From contig NC_087436.1 in the NCBI RefSeq assembly GCF_036321535.1, positions 59,088,001 to 59,152,000 on the forward strand: 64,000 nucleotides of DNA. The letters run 5' to 3'. Every line of letters starts with the position of its first letter. Within the stretch, counting starts at the first letter, position 1. The notes beneath the pieces were generated by a model. It had not been told where the DNA came from, did not search any database, and saw nothing but the letters and a program-made list of their open reading frames with translations. Both the position numbers and the translations under genes were made by a program. This document shows, piece by piece, positions 60,657 to 64,000 of the stretch. Source of the stretch: Camelus dromedarius (lineage: Eukaryota).

Positions 60657-63369
60657 TATTATAAAAATGAGAACAGTTTATTTCAGGTGGAAACAGCTTT
60701 TCCTCAAGGAATGTCTCTTCTTAGGTGTCCTTTAACACACATTCTAAATTCAGAAGAGAAACTCTGCAGCAAAAATCTTACAGGTTTACTTAGGCTTAGC
60801 TACACATACACATGCACAGAAGAAACAGGAAGGGAAAGAAAAGACAACTGCTCCCATCAGAAAAACAAGCACTTTTTCCCCCTGGTGTCATGTCTTTGGA
60901 TATGTACCGCCTTGGAGAAATGTATAAATCATTTTTATACATGGAACTGTCTTAGAAAACTAGAGATTTTAGTACAAAGAAATCAATTTGCTGAAAGAAT
61001 GCCCACATGAGTTCTCTATGTACACAAGAGGAACTTACAAAGGACCCCTGCTTTACAGTTACTGATGTACATTGGCGTGGTGGGCTTACACCTTCTCCAG
61101 GCCTGAGTTACACTTAGTATTACAAATAATATTATAACAATGCTGAAAATACTGATACAAAACAGCTTTAAGATGATATTTCCAAAAAATACCCCTCCTT
61201 TTAAAATTGAACTGTTTAATCCAGGTTTTCTTTTTGAATGTTTCAGCTTTAAAAAAGATTTTTCAAGAAAATACTAGTGTTTAAAACATTCTCTTAAAAT
61301 GTCTATTAAATGACACGTTTTCTTAAATAGATTATTTCTTACAAAGTATAATTCAAAAGTCTATCTTCCAGGAAAACAAAACTATAAACTCCAGAAGTCC
61401 AAAGCAAAAACATTATTTGTGATACATAGTTTTTCCATATCCTGGGAAAAAATCCTTGATTCTTTTACTGTGCTAATTTATTTACAGACTTCAAATACTC
61501 TAACAACACACACCAACGTTCAGGACAAATGAAGCTGAATTCCACAATAAGTCATCATAATTTTTCTATCACTTCTTAAATATTTTCTAGCCCAAAATGT
61601 CTGTCTGCATGAATATTATAACTTCTAAAGTATAGTGGGAATTTTAGATAGCAGTCTCATTAAGCCAAGCAAATTGCAGTGTGCATTATTCTCTTTTGGC
61701 AGAATTAAAAACACACAAAGAAAGAAAACATTTGGCAAACATTTGTCTTGATGCACATGTGTTTTCCTTTGGAAAACCAAAATTACAAGAACATTGCATT
61801 CACTAAACTCTTTAGTCTTATCAATTCTAATCAAAGTTTAAAAATTGGTCAAAGTTTGATAGTTAAAACTGGGGGCAGGGAACCTAATGGCTTTCCCCAA
61901 AGCGTAGATCTCAAATGCACTTTTGCATTAGGAGAAGCGTTTCACATATAGCCATAATTTAAGCAGGTTGGTCAAATGCCATGCTAAAACTGCTATCTCA
62001 GTTTCCCTTTGTTCATTTCATGGATTCTGACTGTTAGTGCAAGGGAAACAGATCATGCAGTAGGTATGACAATTTCAATTTGCATGGACTATGCCTAATA
62101 AGGGCTCAGTTGTTAGCTTTTATGGTTGTGTAAGAAAACTACAGCCCTGATTCTTACTGGTCATTTTAAAATTATTTATTTATTTCTATAGCTGTAATCA
62201 ACTCTGCTATTAATTAAACATAAAGGAATTATTTTATTCATCTCAGGTGCACTTAAGTATAAAACATAATAGGCCTTGTTTGTTAAAGGGAAATATTTGC
62301 CATCAAACAAGTATGTCTGTTAGAGATTTATTTCTAAGATCAAACTGCCAAAGTTTACAGATATTTCACTTTCTCTTCTAAATCTAGATGACTGAATAGT
62401 CAAAATAGTATACAACTGGGCTACCAAGAAAATGACTTTGTTTCTCAATTCATCGTGTAGTCAATGATATGGGTTAATGTATGTAAAGCAAAATTGGACA
62501 CACATAAAAAGTGAAAATTTAAAAAATACAAGGAAAGTGAAGTCAAATAATATTCTTAGAATGTTCCATCCTCAAATTTAAAAAACTGCTGATATAACCA
62601 TGCTGGTGACTCAAAGAGCATAGCATGTCATGCTTTATGCATCATTTGACCAAATCCGGCCCACGTTACCACCTCACTGTGTTATGTCATAGTACTTCAA
62701 CATCAATAGCAAAAACTTAAAGCAAATTTTTTCAAAGATCAGAGCTGTCATTCTCTATTTGGCTAGCAATTACTCAGTCTGAAATCCTTTGTGAACTAAA
62801 CGTGTAGAGGGTAAAAGAAATAGCACTTTCCCCCTTAATAGTATGGCAAGATGAGCTTGAATGTATGTAACAGAGAGACGAACACGTCTCTAGGTTACAT
62901 GCAAGAAGCTTCATTCTTCAAATAAACACACCACCAAATATAAGACTTTAAAATCCGTCTTGTCTTCTCCTATTAATTTAAAATTCTTTACAATTCCTTC
63001 ATCTATTTTATTCCTCACATCTATTTTCACAGTAACAGCATTAAGCGAACAGAGTGCTATTTGATATTACCTTCTGAAACTTCACTGCATATAAGTGACT
63101 GATAAAGATAAAAGATAAATTGTGGACTATATAAACCGGCAAGATGGTCTCATTTATTATACATACATATAATGAAGTCTCCAAGGCTATTAAACCTAAT
63201 TCAATTAACATGCTTAAACCCTCATTCTAAAAAAACAAAGTGTGTCAAATTCTTTGTTTATAACTAAAAATAAAAAGTAGTAAGAAATACATGACAATTT
63301 TAATATGAGCTATGCACGAGAAACACTAACCATCTTTATCCCACCCAGAGACAGGACAGGGTGAGTTAA
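60657..63369 (-). other. CCSER1: Putative CCSER1 3' UTR (~2.7 kb)
   Basis: AT-rich sequence with no repeats I could recognise, between the stop codon and the best-context poly(A) signal; the distal end is approximate. Confidence 0.6.
60677..60682 (-). terminator. CCSER1: Putative CCSER1 polyadenylation signal (AATAAA)
   Basis: AATAAA on the minus strand, followed by GT/T-rich sequence (tgtctttctatg...tttttttt). Other AATAAA hexamers exist nearby, so site usage is inferred. Confidence 0.55.
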
Positions 63370-63855
63370 CTAGCCATCCTGCTGGCCTAGAGTCTGCAGC
63401 TCAGTTGTATGTAAATTGTGATGGAGAAAAACGTTCTTCCTGCTGTACATGTGTAAAGAGATTGGCCCTCTGGGTGGCTGTCCGAACCTGCCTGTGAAGG
63501 TTGAATGCTGACGGGCCACAGTGGCTGGGTCCTTTGGTTTCTCTGAGAAGGTGGAGAGCCCTTCTGTCTTAGCTGTTGTCTTCAGAGAGCTCTGCCCCAC
63601 AGTGGCCCGTAAGTTCTGGGTGACTTCTGACGTGAGGGTTTCGTAAGTTCCTCTAGAGTGTTTGATGACTTCCACTAGTTCCTTGTCCTTCAAAAAATTA
63701 CTTAAACATAGACTTGAGAGTTGATAGGTTTTGCTTTTGTAGGGGCTTGTCTGGTCTGCTGCTGAGTATCTAAAACGGTCCTCGGTGGGAGTATGCACTG
63801 CTTTTCTGTCCCTTGTGCTGAGACTTTGGCTCACAATTCGATTTCGATATGTAGC
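63370..63855 (-). CDS. CCSER1: Terminal coding exon of coiled-coil serine-rich protein 1 (FAM190A), 161 aa plus stop
   Basis: Acceptor ttttcctttctatgtctttaccatAG (AG at 63857-63856), then phase-0 ATYRNRIVSQSLSTRDRK...GRFGQPPRGPISLHMYSRKNVFLHHNLHTTELQTLGQQDG*. This matches the recalled CCSER1 C-terminus. Confidence 0.9.
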   Translation of the reverse strand, partial: ATYRNRIVSQSLSTRDRKAVHTPTEDRFRYSAADQTSPYKSKTYQLSSLCLSNFLKDKELVEVIKHSRGTYETLTSEVTQNLRATVGQSSLKTTAKTEGLSTFSEKPKDPATVARQHSTFTGRFGQPPRGPISLHMYSRKNVFLHHNLHTTELQTLGQQDG

Positions 63856-64000
63856 CTATGGTAAAGACATAGAAAGGAAAAGATGTCTTTAAAAAAAACT
63901 ACATTCATACCACACCTCGAATACAGAGTGGTGTTTTCACATTTGTGTTCAAAACCCTAAGTTTTCAATAAGGCTTAAAAAACAATCAGAAGACTTCTCC
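63856..64000 (-). other. CCSER1: 3' end of the last CCSER1 intron (polypyrimidine tract and acceptor)
   Basis: Pyrimidine-rich tract ending in TAG directly before the open frame. Confidence 0.8.

Noticed and set aside
60687..61951. Short ORFs on both strands near the right end
   Set aside because: They lie in the putative CCSER1 3' UTR and have no coding signature.

Overview
Mammalian genomic DNA, AT-rich and CpG-poor, probably camelid (judged from the young LINE-1 3' ends and the lack of recognisable young SINEs; this is an inference). It is not prokaryotic, and almost all ORFs in the track are LINE-1 fragments, antisense frames or noise. The only real gene content is at the right end: the terminal coding exon of CCSER1 (FAM190A) on the minus strand (63370-63855, splice acceptor at 63856-63857) and a ~2.7 kb putative 3' UTR. 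The rest is repeat-rich intergenic sequence downstream of the gene. It contains several degenerate L1s (one ~6.6 kb near-full-length copy and a ~15 kb nested L1 cluster), L2, MIR, MaLR solo LTRs, MER2B/MER20/MER58-type DNA transposons and a fossil hAT-Charlie transposase fragment. A full-length processed pseudogene of TPM3 (Tpm3.1 isoform) is inserted inside an L1 ORF2. I looked for a previously undescribed biological system and found none I can support; the most interesting items are retrotransposition and rearrangement fossils. Family and gene names come from recalled consensus or protein sequences, not database searches, and repeat boundaries are approximate.
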